NCBI GenBank assembly: GCA_028826165.1
Contig: JAPDFW010000018.1
Location: forward strand, 1-64,000
Length of the DNA: 64,000 bases
Source of the DNA: Anaeramoeba ignava BMAN
Lineage: Eukaryota > Protista > Anaeramoebae
Direction: 5' to 3'
Part shown: positions 1 to 12,954 of the stretch, piece after piece
How the letters are laid out: each line of letters starts with the position of its first letter
Position numbering within the stretch: position 1 is the first letter of the stretch
The notes under the pieces: model-generated
Database searches by the model: none
Told to the model about the DNA's origin: nothing
Seen by the model: only the letters and a program-made list of their open reading frames with translations
Translations under genes and position numbers: made by a program

Positions 1-196
1 TTATTAATTTATTTCAGGAAATAATAAATTAACATAAAAATTAACATAAATCTCTTTTTAAATTTACAAAATTTAATGAAAAATTGATTTAATGGGATTT
101 AATTTTTAATAAAAAGGAAAAATCCAAATTTTTAATTCATTTGCTTTTTCAATTAAATTAAAATAAAATTATTAGTTAATAACAAAAACAGCAAAA

Positions 197-2050
197 ATGG
201 ATCAAAAAGTAATAGTGAAAAGTGAAAGTAATATGAAAATTAATTTGAAAATGAAAATGAAACTGATTCTGAAAATGAATATGAAAAATGAAAATGAAAA
301 ATGAAAAATCAATTTGAAAATGAAAATGAAAATGAAAAAAATGAAAATGAAAATGAAAATAGAAATCAATTTGAAAAAAATGAAATGAAAATGAAAATCA
401 ATTTGAAAATGAATTTGAAATGAAAATGAACGAATGAAAATGAAAGAAAATTGATAATGAATTTGAAAAATGAAATAAAAATATAAAACAAAAACGAATA
501 AAAATCAACTTTGTAAATCATTAGAAGAATATAAATAAATTTTTAGTAGATGAATTTCTAGCTCATCAAAAATTAATTTATCAAACACAAAAAGATTATG
601 ATTTTTCCATTTTATCGGGAAAAGAACAAAAGAAAATACTTTGTCATCAATTATTAAATTCAAGATGAACATTTAAATCATATTATAAAAGGCCAAAAAT
701 CCACATTTTTCTTTTGATTTTGAACCAGAAATTGTTGAAAAAGTTATTCATTTTCATTTATACATAGAAATTGAAATTAATAATAATAACAATTTTGAGG
801 AAAATTTATCAACTGCACATTTATTTATACTTTTAATAACTCATAAAATCAAAATGAAAAAGAAATTGAAAATTTTATTAAAAACAAACTAAAGACTTTA
901 ATCCACTTTGAATATTATTTTAAAAAGTTGATATTTTCGTTATCGTTATGTCTGTTTGCCAAAAATTAATTGGATGGTTTAGTAATTTTATTGAAAAGGA
1001 TAAATTTGGAACATTAGATGATAAAAATTTTGTTAAGATTATTAAATTGATTTATTCAAAGGATGCAAAGAATAAAACAAAAATTATTTTTAGATTTGGC
1101 AAAAATTTAAAAGAAAGTTAAAAACAAGAAAAGAAGAAAAGAAAAAAAGAAAAAGAAACAAAGAAGAAAAAGAAGAAGAAGAAAAGAAGAAGAAAAAGAA
1201 AAAGAAACGCAAACATGAGATGATACAAAATTTTTAGATTTGTTGATGATCTTAAGAAAATAAGGGAATTCAAACCCGATTTAATTTATAGTTTTTGGAA
1301 TTCAATTCATTTTACCTTTTGGAAGTATTAATTACTATTTTTTGAATAATAAGTTGGTTGATATAAAATGAAATTAATCAAAAAAAACAAAATTAAAGAG
1401 CTTTGAATATTGATTAAAATGAAATTAAAAACTTGACCAAGATGATAAAAGAAAAACATTTCAAAAAGTTTGAAGATTATTTAAATGATAAACAAAAGGG
1501 TTGATTTAATTTAAATTATTAAAAACCAAAAAAAGAGAAAAATTTATTAATTAAAATTAATTAAAATTAATCAAAATAGATACACTTTCCATTTGATCAG
1601 TATTAGAGAAAATATCTTTTTATAAACAAGATGAAAGAATTCAAGAAAACAGAATTTCTGTTTAAATCAACTTTCGATAAAATTAATAATAGTAAAAATA
1701 ATTTAAATATTTAAAAATTTAAAATTAAAATTTATATTTAAATAGTAAATAAATTTAGAGATAAGAATTTAAGAGGAATTCAAATTATTTTAGAAGCAAT
1801 GAAAGGTTTTTGAAGATAATGAAAATATATTCAAGAAAAATCAATTTTTATTTAAATAAAAATCAATTTTGATTTAAGTATTTAATTATAATTTCAAAAA
1901 TTTAATTTAAAATTTATTTATTTTTATTTATTTTTAATTAGATGATATACAAGAATTTAAAAATATAAATGGAAATCTATCGAATTGGAAACAAAGCATT
2001 GAATAAGTTTACTAATAATAATGAAAAAATTTAGGAAAAACTTTTATCAA
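197..2050 (+). CDS. BTB-domain protein, heavily frameshifted (probably sequence errors); boundaries approximate
   Basis: ATG at 197, an NE-type repeat, then BTB-like YDFSILSGKEQKKILCH (~597-647) and FEPEIVEKVIHF; no continuous ORF. Confidence 0.45.
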
Positions 2051-2098
2051 AATTTAATAATTAAATTTTTCATTTTTCATTTTTCATTTTAAAAAGAA

Positions 2099-3780
2099 AT
2101 GATTCAATTAATCAAAAAGAAATTAATTTAAATTTAATTAAAAATTATCAAAATTAATAAAATCAAAATTATTCAGATATTACTCTTAAAATTGGAGAAA
2201 ATTTAAAAGAATTTAATTGTCATAAATCAATATTAAGTTGTCAATCTCCTTTTTTGATGTTTATTTAAAAGAAAATCAAGTTGAAGAAATTATTTTTAAA
2301 GAAATTTCAAGAAGAAAATATGAAAACAAATTATTCAATTTATTTATACAGGAAATATTCAAATAAATGAATTGAATTTAATTGAAATTTTAAATCTTTT
2401 CAATTAAATTTAAATTAGAATACTTTATAAATTAATTGAAAATTAATTATTAAAGATTTTAATTTAAATTATTTTTGAAATTTTTGAAAATTTAATAATT
2501 TATCAATTAATTTAAAAGAAAATGTGATAAATTTATTCAAAATAATTTGAAAATTATATTAGAAAATGAAAATTTGAAAAATTAAATCAAAAATCAATTT
2601 CAAAATTATTGAAATTATTCAAAAGATTCACAAAAACAAAATGAAATTCCAATTATTACATTAATTAAAAATTTAGAAAATGGGTTTCAAATAAAGTTGA
2701 AAAAGAAAAAGAAAAGAAAAATGATGAAAACATTTATTGATCAAATTACAATCAAAAACAATTCAAAACTTAATCAATATAGATACAATAACAATCCAAA
2801 AATTTCAGAAAATCAAATGATTCCAAATGAATTCATTTCTTATCTATTTTCTTCAAAAATGCAAAAAGATAAAGATGAAAAATCAAAAGAATTGAAAAAG
2901 AAAAAGAAAGAAAAGATCAACAAATTGAAGAAATGAGGTTTACTTTGAACAAGTACAAAGAGAAAAAGAAGAGAAAGAATTTCGAGAATTACAATTAGTT
3001 TTAAAAGATATTCAAAAAGAAGAACAGATAAAAAGTAGAACAAATTAGAATAGAAGAAGAACAAAGAATTCAAGAAGAAAAAGAATTCAAGAAGAAAAAG
3101 AAATTCAAAAGAAAACAAAAAGAAAGAGAATACAAAGAATCACAAGAATACAAAGAAATGCAAAAAGAGAGAAAATCAAGAAAAAGAAAATCAAGAAATC
3201 TTACAAACAGTTTTCAAAGAATCCAAAATTATTCAAGATACTAATTACATTCAATATTTAAAAAGAATGGATATCAAATGATGAATTATTTAAAAAGATG
3301 GAACTTGGATTTTTTCAGCAATAAATGATGGATTTTCAAATAAAAATTTTATTCAAGATGTAAAGGAAAAACAGAATCATTAGCAATTATCAAAACAAGA
3401 AATAATTGTATTTTTGGAGGATTTACTGAAATTGGATTTGTTCCGAAAAAGGGATTTTCTAAAGGATTTAAATCAAATGGGAAATGGAAGTTGATAAAAA
3501 TGCATTTATTTTTACATTGAAAATCCAACAAATTATCCACCTTCAAAGTTTAATTATCTAAATGGATCATGTATTTATCAAAGTCCAAGCAATACAATTT
3601 GGTTTGGAAATGGAGGATATATTGAATTAAAGATTTATCAACAAAAAGGTATAAGTGATTTTGGATATCGAGATCAAGGTTTTGAAATGCCTTTAGGAAT
3701 GAAATATGGAGAAGAATCTAGGAATTTTTGCAGGATCAAAGAGTTGGAATATTGCAGAAGTTGAAGTTTATTTCAATTAA
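2099..3780 (+). CDS. BTB-BACK-TLDc protein, frameshifted
   Basis: NYSDITLKIGENLKEFNCHKSILSCQSPF (BTB, ~2168-2255); TLDc motifs DGFSNKNF..CKGK..IIKTRNNCIFGGFT (~3325-3428) and EVEVYF before TAA at 3778-3780. Confidence 0.7.
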
Positions 3781-3864
3781 AATTTTTCTTCTTTTTCCTT
3801 TTTCCTTTTTATCCTTTTTGGATTAAAAATTTTTCCTTTTTCCTTCATTTTTCCTAAATTAAAA

Positions 3865-5571
3865 ATGAAAAGAAAAGATATTAGAATTTTTGATTTAATA
3901 CTTTTTCAAAATTCTTAAAATTCATCTTCAAAAATTAAAAACCAATCCAAATAAAATTTAAAAAGAATATCAAATTAAACAAATAATAGGAAGTGATTCA
4001 ATATTTGTTCTTTTATCAAAATGGCAAAGCAGAATATAAAAACAAATTCCAAAAAAAAAATATCAATTAAAAATGAAAAGATTGAAAAGATATCAACAGG
4101 AAACAAAATCATATCAATTCTAACAAATGAAAAAAAAGTTTATTTATCAGGAAATATCATCACTAAATCAGAAAAACAATCTCAAAATGAATTTATCAAT
4201 ATTTCCAAAAAGAATTGAAGATCCTGAAGATCAAAAATGTGAATGATGTGATTTGTGGAGCTTTTTCAGTTTATTTATTAACCTCAAAAGGAAATGTTTA
4301 TGGAATTGGAGAAAAATGGATTTGGACAACTTGGAAATAATTTAAATGATCAAAAACAAGCAATTTTAATGATGAAAGATGTTTCTAAAGTTTTTACAGG
4401 AAATTCATCAAGTCATGTTTTTATTTTGAATTCAAAAAGAGTTGTTTGGATGGGAATAATAGCTATGGTCAACTTGGATTAGATACATCAATTCAAAAAT
4501 TAGTGAACTTACAAAACTTAAAAATATTCCTAAAAGGCAAAATAATTGATATTCAATGTGGAAATGCTCATTCAATAATGTTAATTTCAGAGAAGATGGA
4601 AAAAGAAGAGTTTATTCATGTGGAAATTCAATATCTAATGGATTTTATAATTGTGGTGATATTAATTTTTACTTTGATTAGATCACCTTTTACTTGATAA
4701 TTTAAATATTGATAGAATTTCAAGTGGGAAAGGACATAGTTTGATATTAACATCAAAAGGGAAACTTTTTGCATTTGGGAAAAATGATTTTGGGCAGTTG
4801 GGAATTGGGAATAAAAAGAATAAGATTTATCCAGTTGAAATTGAAACTGATAATTTCTGGCTTAATGTTTCTAATTATGATATTGGATGTGGATATGAAA
4901 CATCATTTCTTCATTATTCTTTGATTTCAAATTTAAATGAAGATTTTGTTAATTTTTAGAAATGGAGAGTTTAGTGATTATTGTTTTTGTAACTAAAAGA
5001 TCAGAAGAGGATTCCAGTTCATGATATTATTTTGAGATATAGAATTGGTTCGAGAAATATCACTAATCTTAAATTATTAATTCAAAGTAAAGATGAAAAA
5101 GAAGCAAAAGAAATATTGGAAATGATTTATGGGAATTATGATATTGATATTGATTCAAAACAAGAAATGAAGAGATATAAATTTTGGAAAGAAGGATTAA
5201 AATGAAGCAATGAAGAGAATGTATTATGATAAAGAAAAGCAAAAAGATTTCACTATCAAAAGAGGTAATAAGAATGTTCTAGTTCATAAATTAGTTTTGA
5301 TAGCAAGAAGTGAATTATATCGAGGAATGTTTTTATCTGTGACTGAAGATAAATCAAATAAAGTTACAGATTATAGTGAATTAAGTGATGAAGCTTTTTG
5401 AAATTTTTGATTTATTATTTATATACAAATGAAATTAAAGATAATGATTTAAATTGACAAAAAGAGATTATAAATGAATTAGAAATAGCAATGGATTATT
5501 TTCAATTAAATGAATCTGTACCTAATTTAGTTACAATTGCTAATGAATTACATAATCAAAAATATAAATAA
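3865..5571 (+). CDS. RCC1-repeat + BTB protein, frameshifted
   Basis: RCC1 motifs GQLG and FGKNDFGQLG; BTB VHKLVLIARSELYRGMFLSVTEDKSNKVTDYSELS, nearly identical to the paralog at 62240-64000. Confidence 0.75.
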
Positions 5572-5589
5572 ATCAACTTAAATTTATTT

Positions 5590-7260
5590 TTCAATTTTAA
5601 TTAATAAATATATTAATAATAAATAATAAATATATTAAATTTAATAATAAATATAATAAATATATTAATAATAAATATAATAAATATATTAATAATAAAT
5701 ATAATAAATATATTAATAATAAATATAATAAATATATTAATAATAAATAATAAATATAATAAATAATAAATATAATAAATATATATTAATAATAAATATA
5801 ATAAATATATTAATAATAAATATAATAAAATATATTAATAATAAATATATTAAAATATATTAATAATAAAATAAATATAATAAATATATTAATAATAAAT
5901 ATAATAAATATAATAAATAATAATAAAATATATAATAAATAATAAATAAAAAAAGTGGAACAAAATATATTAAATAATAAATATATTAAATATAATAAAT
6001 TGGAATAATAAAAAAAAAAATGGAAAAAATAATAATAATAAAAAAACATAATAAATCATAAATATAATAAAAAATATTAATAATAAAATATATTAATAAA
6101 TATATAAATAATAAATAATAAAAAATAACAAAAATAAATATAATAATAAAAATTAATAATAAATATATTAAATATATAAATTAATAAAATATAATAAATA
6201 TTAATAAAAAAAAAAGTGGAATAAATATAATAAATATAATATTAAAATATAATAAATATAAAATAAATAATAAACATAATGAACATAATAAAAATAAACA
6301 AATAAATATAATCAATAAATATATTAATAATAAAATATAATAAAAATATAATAAAATAATAATAATAAATAATAAAAAAATATATTATTAAATAATAAAA
6401 ATGGTGGAAATAAAAGAATCAATTGATTCATTTAAATTAAAAAGTGGAATAAAATATAATTAATAAAAATTTAAATAAATATAAAAAGTGGAATAAACAT
6501 AATAAATATATTAACAATAAACATAATAAAATATAACAAAAATAAATATAAAAAAAAGTGGAATAAATATATATATTAATAATAAACATAAATAAATATA
6601 TATTAATAAAAATAATAATAAAATTAAATATAAATAAATATAATAAATATAATAATAAACATATTAATAATAAAAAACAAACAAACAAAATTGGAATAAA
6701 CATAATCAATAATAAATATAACAATAATAAATAACAATAAATAAATATAAATAAACATTAATAAATATAAATTAATAATAAATATAATAAATATATTAAT
6801 AAATATAATAAAATAATAAATAAAATAAATATATTAAATAAAATATCAACAATAAATATAATAAAAATATTAACAATAAATATAATAAATATATTAATAA
6901 TAAATATAATAAATAAAATAAATATAAATATAATAAATAAATTAATAAAATATATAATAAATATAATAAAAAATATAATAAATATATTAATAAATATTTA
7001 ATAAATAAAATATAATAAATATATTAATAATAAATATAATAAATATATTAATAATAAATATAATAAATATATTAATAATAAATATAATAAATATATTAAT
7101 AATAAATATAATAAATATATTAATAATAAATATAATTAATATATTAATAATAAATATAATAAATATATTAATAATAAATATAATAAATATATTAATAATA
7201 AATATAATAAATATATTAATAATAAATATAATAAATATATTAATAATAAATATAATAAAT
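5590..7260. repeat. 21-bp AT-only minisatellite (aataaatataataaatatatt)n, degenerate in the middle; resumes at 10462-10815 after the transposon
   Basis: Perfect 21-bp periodicity at 5640-5740 and 7010-7260. Confidence 0.9.
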
Positions 7261-7261
7261 A

Positions 7262-10200
7262 CTCTCTTTCTCACCGATAACAGAAACTCGTCGATAACAG
7301 AAACTTTTTTTTCCCTATTACTTACCCAAATAAACTTGAATCAACTAAACTCAAAATAAAATTTGTCGAATTTTGATCTTCTTTTATTTTTTACCTTTTT
7401 CATTGTTTTTTTCATTTCTTTTTTTTGTTCTGTTTTTATCCTCAATTTTCTTAATTAAAAAAAAATCTTCTCGCCCATTACATAAAACTCCATCTTTTTC
7501 TTCTTAATGAAGGTTTGAGACAAAATTAAATATAGAATAAAAGTTTTGAGATAAAATAACTTTTAAATAGCAATACATTTTTTATATTTACTCAATTATA
7601 TGATACTAAACTTGAAAATTTCTCATTTCTCAACGATATCAGAAATCAATAAAAACAATCATAAAATTATAACTCATATTTTTTCATTATGAAACTAAAA
7701 ATATAACTTTAATTAGGGAGTTTTTATTTAGAGGAAAAATTGTTTCATTTTTAATGTTTTTTTTTGTGTTAAGTGATTCAAAATGAAGAAAATGAAAAAA
7801 AATGAAAATGTTAGAAATCAATGGAAAAAGAAGGAAAAATGAGATCAACTTCAAAGAATTCTTATTGAATCAAATTCATAAATGTTTTAATTTAAGTTTT
7901 TCCAATATAGAAGTTTTTCGATAAATCATCCGATAAGTATCAATCAATAATCTGATGTTATCCATCTTTTTTTCTTTTCTTTTCTACTTTTCAGATGAGT
8001 TGATGCAGAGATTATTTTATCAATCTTCTTTTTGGTTATTTAGTTCTTCTTTGATTTCTGAAATTTTGTTTTTGCTCACTCTTTTCATTTTCATGAAAAA
8101 TTGAATAGATCTCCTTTCTAAATTCTGAACCATCTTTAGCAATAACTTTTTTTCTCATTTTTTCTAATGTCCATTCTCGAAAAATCCTGCATCTTATAAA
8201 AAAACAAATAAAGGATCCACAATCATCTCTATTTTTTTGGATACTTTTTTGACCTTCAAATACCTCAACAAAACTGAAAATTAATAATTTTGCAATTTTT
8301 TCTCCTAATTTTAACATTGAAAAATATCCCTCAAAGCTATTAAAATATTCTATCCTTTTCATTTCAAAATTAACAACAAAAATTACCCAATGTAACCCTG
8401 TTATAACAGGTAAAATGATCCATTGAACAGTTGGATACAGTTGAATCTTTTGGAGTACATCAATTACATCTTTTGGTTGTTGACTGGGAACAATAATAAT
8501 ATCTTCTCTTTTGAAATTACTTTTTTCCAAAATCAAAAATTGATCAATATCAAATTCACTTAACCAATTTTCATTCGAATTGGGATTCAGAATCCTTTGT
8601 CTCCAACCATGAAGATTTGCAAATGATTTAGTAACCTTTTCTTCATTTTTAATCTGCTTTAGCTGTTGGGTTATATCTTCTCTCTTGATTTGATATTTAG
8701 ATTCCTTATCTTTAACTAAATCTGGAGATTGAGTATTGTTTTTTGAAATAGAATCCTTTTTCTTTTGAGTTTTCCTTCTTTTTGGTTCTTGACTTTTTGT
8801 TTTCAGTTTCTTATTAGAGTTTTTTTTATTATTTTTCTCATTTTCTTTCTTTTCTTTCTTTTCTTTCTTTTTCTCTTCCTCTTCTTCATCATTAATGTTT
8901 CTTTTAGATCTTCGTTTCTGATGAGTTTTCTTCTCGAAAAATCCTATCATTTCTTCGAATTCTTCCACAGCTTTTTCATCTATGGCATGAATAGAATCAC
9001 AAATCACTCCTGTTTTTCTGAAGGAAGAAGCAATTTTTGCTGAATTTAAATTATTCCAGCTTTTTAGTGCATTTTCTATTACATCTTCTCTTCTTAAAAT
9101 ACCCATTTCATTCATTTTGGGTAGAATATTTGATCGATAATTGATTTTGAAAGGACCAAAAACGCTCTTGTCTAATGGTTGTAAGAGGCCAGTCATATGA
9201 GAAGGTACATGTATGATTCGAATTTTGTTCTTTTCACAAACTTTTAAAAAGTCCTTATCTCTATGGGCAGCAAAACGATCCAGGACTAAAATCGAATCAG
9301 GAATATCACAATTGTTCTCTTGCTTCATTTTATCCTTAATATGAGGAATTAACACCTCTTCCAACCATTTAATCATTATGAAAGTATTTGACCATCCTGA
9401 ATTTGAATTCAAAAAATAGCATTTTGAAAATTTTTTTTGTAATTGAGGGATCAATCTTATGCCACTTTTTGCTTTAATAATGAAGGTAGGAATCATTTTT
9501 GTACCATCTGCAGCAATTGCAGCAATCATTGTAATAGTCTGTTTTGTATTATGAACACATATTGATTTCCCACTTTTACCTTTGTTTCCAATTGAATTGG
9601 AAGTAGTAAAAAATTGTACATTAGTCTCATCAACGTTGAAAATGAAGGAATGATCAATCTTAAATTTGGAAGATTCATGATTTATAATTCTTTTTGTTTT
9701 ACACTCTTGCCAAAATTGTTGAGCTGTTTGTTTTGGTGAAATGTGACTGGTCCATTTATTCACAAGTTTATTTTTTCTAAAAACAAAGTTATTCCTTTTC
9801 ATGAATCGGTATGGCCAATGTATAGAAAGAGGTTTTTGATTTTTGCCAATAAACATTTGATTAGCTAACGCTCTTATAGAGGATGGAGAAACAATGAAAT
9901 TATCTAAAATTTTTTGGTTCAGTATCTTACTTATTTGGTTTTCTTGTTCAAAGGTAAGTCGACAACATCTTTTTTGATTAGCAATTTTTCTCTTTTCATT
10001 TGAAGTTGATCCCATTGGATTTCCTATTTTATATCCCTGATAACGTGAATAAAGAGTTTGATATGGAATATTCAACTTTTTACTTAAATGACTGATTACT
10101 CCATATGGACCTTCTTCAATTTGTTTATACAATGAACACCAATCTACTTTTTGTTTTGGTGGTTCAAAAGAGCGACGAGGAGAAGACACTAAACAAGAAA

Positions 10201-10459
10201 GACTTTTTGAAGGATTTGACATCAAATTAGTTAAAGTTTTAATTTAATTTTGTAATCGATGAGAAAAAAAAAATGAATAAAAAATTTTATGATCAAGCTT
10301 AAATCTGAAATTTGATCATGAATCATCATAATTTTTGTTTTGATCAAATTAATCTCTCAAAATGGGAAATTGATATAATAAAATTTTATTGGTTTATAAT
10401 TGAACTTCTTGGGAAAAAATGAATTTTTTTGTAATTTATGTTATCGGTGAGAAAGAGAG
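7262..10459 (-). mobile_element. pogo-superfamily (Tc1/mariner clan) DNA transposon, apparently intact, with 21-bp TIRs and TA target-site duplication
   Basis: CTCTCTTTCTCACCGATAACA (7262-7282) is the exact reverse complement of 10439-10459; TA flanks at 7260-7261 and 10460-10461; removing the element and one TA restores the 21-bp repeat unit. Confidence 0.95.
8036..10222 (-). CDS. pogo-type transposase (HTH/CENP-B-like, DDE_1, DD35D) fused to a C-terminal Ulp1/peptidase C48-like domain
   Basis: NVDET...VLDRFAAH...QPLDKSVFGPFK with 35 residues between the 2nd and 3rd Asp; C-terminal NWLSEFDID, ILPV..HW, IEYFNS and QKNRDDCG; first ATG at 10222. Confidence 0.9.
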   Translation of the reverse strand: MSNPSKSLSCLVSSPRRSFEPPKQKVDWCSLYKQIEEGPYGVISHLSKKLNIPYQTLYSRYQGYKIGNPMGSTSNEKRKIANQKRCCRLTFEQENQISKILNQKILDNFIVSPSSIRALANQMFIGKNQKPLSIHWPYRFMKRNNFVFRKNKLVNKWTSHISPKQTAQQFWQECKTKRIINHESSKFKIDHSFIFNVDETNVQFFTTSNSIGNKGKSGKSICVHNTKQTITMIAAIAADGTKMIPTFIIKAKSGIRLIPQLQKKFSKCYFLNSNSGWSNTFIMIKWLEEVLIPHIKDKMKQENNCDIPDSILVLDRFAAHRDKDFLKVCEKNKIRIIHVPSHMTGLLQPLDKSVFGPFKINYRSNILPKMNEMGILRREDVIENALKSWNNLNSAKIASSFRKTGVICDSIHAIDEKAVEEFEEMIGFFEKKTHQKRRSKRNINDEEEEEKKKEKKEKKENEKNNKKNSNKKLKTKSQEPKRRKTQKKKDSISKNNTQSPDLVKDKESKYQIKREDITQQLKQIKNEEKVTKSFANLHGWRQRILNPNSNENWLSEFDIDQFLILEKSNFKREDIIIVPSQQPKDVIDVLQKIQLYPTVQWIILPVITGLHWVIFVVNFEMKRIEYFNSFEGYFSMLKLGEKIAKLLIFSFVEVFEGQKSIQKNRDDCGSFICFFIRCRIFREWTLEKMRKKVIAKDGSEFRKEIYSIFHENEKSEQKQNFRNQRRTK

Positions 10460-10893
10460 TATATTAATAATAAATATAATAAATATATTAATAATAAAAA
10501 GTGGAATAAAAGAATTAATTGATTATTTAAATTAAAAAAAAGTGGAATAAATATATTAATAATAAATATAATAAATATATTAATAAAAAATATAATAAAT
10601 ATAATAATAATAAATATAATAAATATATTAATAATAAATATAATAAATATATTAATAAAAAATATAATAAATATATTAATAATAAATATAATAAATATAT
10701 TAATAATAAATATAATAAATATATTAATAATAAATATAATAAATATATTAATAATAAATATAATAAATATATTAATAATAAAAAGTGGAATAAATATAAT
10801 AAATATATTAATAAAAAAAAGTGGAATAAAAGAATTAATTGATTATTTAAATTAAAATTAAAAAAAATAATAAAAAAAAAAAATAAATAAATA

Positions 10894-10966
10894 CTCCCGA
10901 GGCCGGGCTCGAACCGACGACATTTGGATTAAGAGTCCAACGCTCTACCGACTGAGCTACACGGGA
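10894..10966 (-). tRNA. tRNA-Lys(CTT)
   Basis: Reverse complement TCCCGTGTAGCTCAGTCGGTAGAGCGTTGGACTCTTAATCCAAATGTCGTCGGTTCGAGCCCGGCCTCGGGAG folds as a cloverleaf; anticodon arm TTGGA-CT CTT AA-TCCAA; GTTCGA T-loop. Confidence 0.95.
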
Positions 10967-11139
10967 TATTTTAAATTTAAATTTTTAATTTTATTTTTTT
11001 TAATTTAAATTTTTTTTTTAAAAATTACATTATTTATATTAATATTTTAAAATTTATTTTTTTTTTATTTTTTTTTATTTAAATTTAAATTGTTTTATTT
11101 TTATTTGATTTCTACAACAAATTAATTAAATAATCTTTT

Positions 11140-11527
11140 CTTATTTAATTTCTAAATCATTTTCTTTTAAATTTTCATTATTATCTTCATCTAAAATTAA
11201 ATCATTATCTTCATTTAAATTTTCATTTAAATTTTCATTTAATTTTTCTAAATCATTTTCAATTAAATTTTCTTTTAAAATTTCTGATTTTAAATTTATT
11301 GTTTTTTGATATTTTTGATAAAATTCAATTATTTGTAATTTTTTTTCTGGCCAACATTTAGATTCTGGTTTTAAAACTTGTATTTTTAAAGATTCAAGTT
11401 CATTTTCTGAAATAAAACTTTTAAAACTAAAATTTGTTTTTGGATTTTTTGAACAAAAAACTTCTTTCCAATTTCCACAACATCCATGTGAAAAAGGATT
11501 TTCTCTTGCTTGATATCTATTTTTGAT
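11140..11527 (-). pseudogene. Orphan last exon of a DHHC palmitoyltransferase-like gene (one frameshift)
   Basis: After a TAG acceptor: IKNRYQARENPFSHGCCGNWKEVFC, resembling the NP(F/Y)xxG..N..EVF C-terminal motif of DHHC proteins; no DHHC core visible upstream. Confidence 0.55.
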
Positions 11528-11534
11528 CTATTTT

Positions 11535-12510
11535 TTATTAATTTAAATATATTTTTAGATTTAAATATATTTTTGGATTTAAATATTTTTTTGATTTAAA
11601 TATATTTGGATTTAAATATTATTTTAGATTTAAATATATTTTTGGATTTAAATATATTTTTGGATTTAAATATATTTTTAGATTTAAATATATTTTTAGA
11701 TTTAAATATATTATTTAGATTTAAATATATTTTTTGAATTTAAATATATTTTTTGGATTTAAATATATTTTTTAGATTTAAATATATTATTTGGATTTAA
11801 ATATATTTTTGGATTTAAATATATTTTTAGATTAAAATATATTTTTGGATTTAAATATTTATTTGGATTTAAATATATTTATTTGGATTTAAATATTTTT
11901 AGATTTAAATATATTTTTGGATTTAAATATTTATTTGGATTTAAATATATTTTTGGATTTAAATATATTTTAGGATTTAAATATATATTTTAGATTTAAA
12001 TATATTATTTAGATTTAAATATTTTTGGATTTAAATATTTTTTAGATTTAAATATATTTTTGGATTTAAATATATTTTTGGATTTAAATATATTTTTGGA
12101 TTTAAATATATTTTTGGATTTAAATATATTTTTGGATTTAAATATATTTTTGGATTTAAATATATTTTTGGATTTAAATATATTTTTGGATTTAAATATA
12201 TTTTTGGATTTAAATATATTTTTGGATTTAAATATATTTTTGGATTTAAATATATTTTTGGATTTAAATATTTATTTGGATTTAAATATATTTTTGGATT
12301 TAAATATTTTTTAGATTTAAATATATTTTTGGATTTAAATATTTATTTGGATTTAAATATTTTTTTGGATTTAAATATATTTTGGATTTAAATATATTAT
12401 TGGATTTAAATATTATTTTTGGATTTAAATATTTTTTTGAATTTAAATATTATTTTTGGGATTTAAATATATTATTTAGATTTAAATATATTTTTGGATT
12501 TAAAATTGAT
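11535..12510. repeat. 18-bp minisatellite (tggatttaaatatatttt)n, probably intronic on the minus strand
   Basis: Perfect periodicity at 12060-12300; source of the spurious DLNIFL ORF. Confidence 0.9.
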
Positions 12511-12954
12511 TTTAAATGTGGATTAAAATGTGGATTTAAATTATTTTTTTTTCTTTTTTTTTTTTGATTTTTCTCCATTTTTATTTATTTTCTTTTTTCT
12601 CCTTTTTTATTTTTAATTTAAAAAAGAAAAGCAAAAAAATTTTTTTTTTTTTTCATTTTTTTAAAATTTATTTTTTTCTTTTAATAAGTTTGTATTCTTA
12701 TTTTATTTAAAATTAAAAATAAAAAATAAAAATAAAATAAAATGATTAAAAGTTATTATAAAAAAAAAGAGAAAACTTATCGTCTTTCTTTTTATTTTTC
12801 TTTTAATTTTTCTTTTAATTTTTTTATTAATTATTAATTATTAATTATTTTAAAATTTAAATTAAAAAACCAAATAAAAAAATTCCAAAATAAAATTAAC
12901 AAATCACTTTACCCTCATACTCACAACCAGAAGAATCAAGATTCTTGTGCAAAA

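Noticed and set aside
197-5571. Cluster of true pseudogenes or programmed frameshifting
   Set aside because: The indels are dense, mostly in homopolymers, and the motifs stay intact. Single frameshifts also hit conserved genes elsewhere (RMND5, PMT, receptor 2). Long-read consensus error is the simpler explanation.
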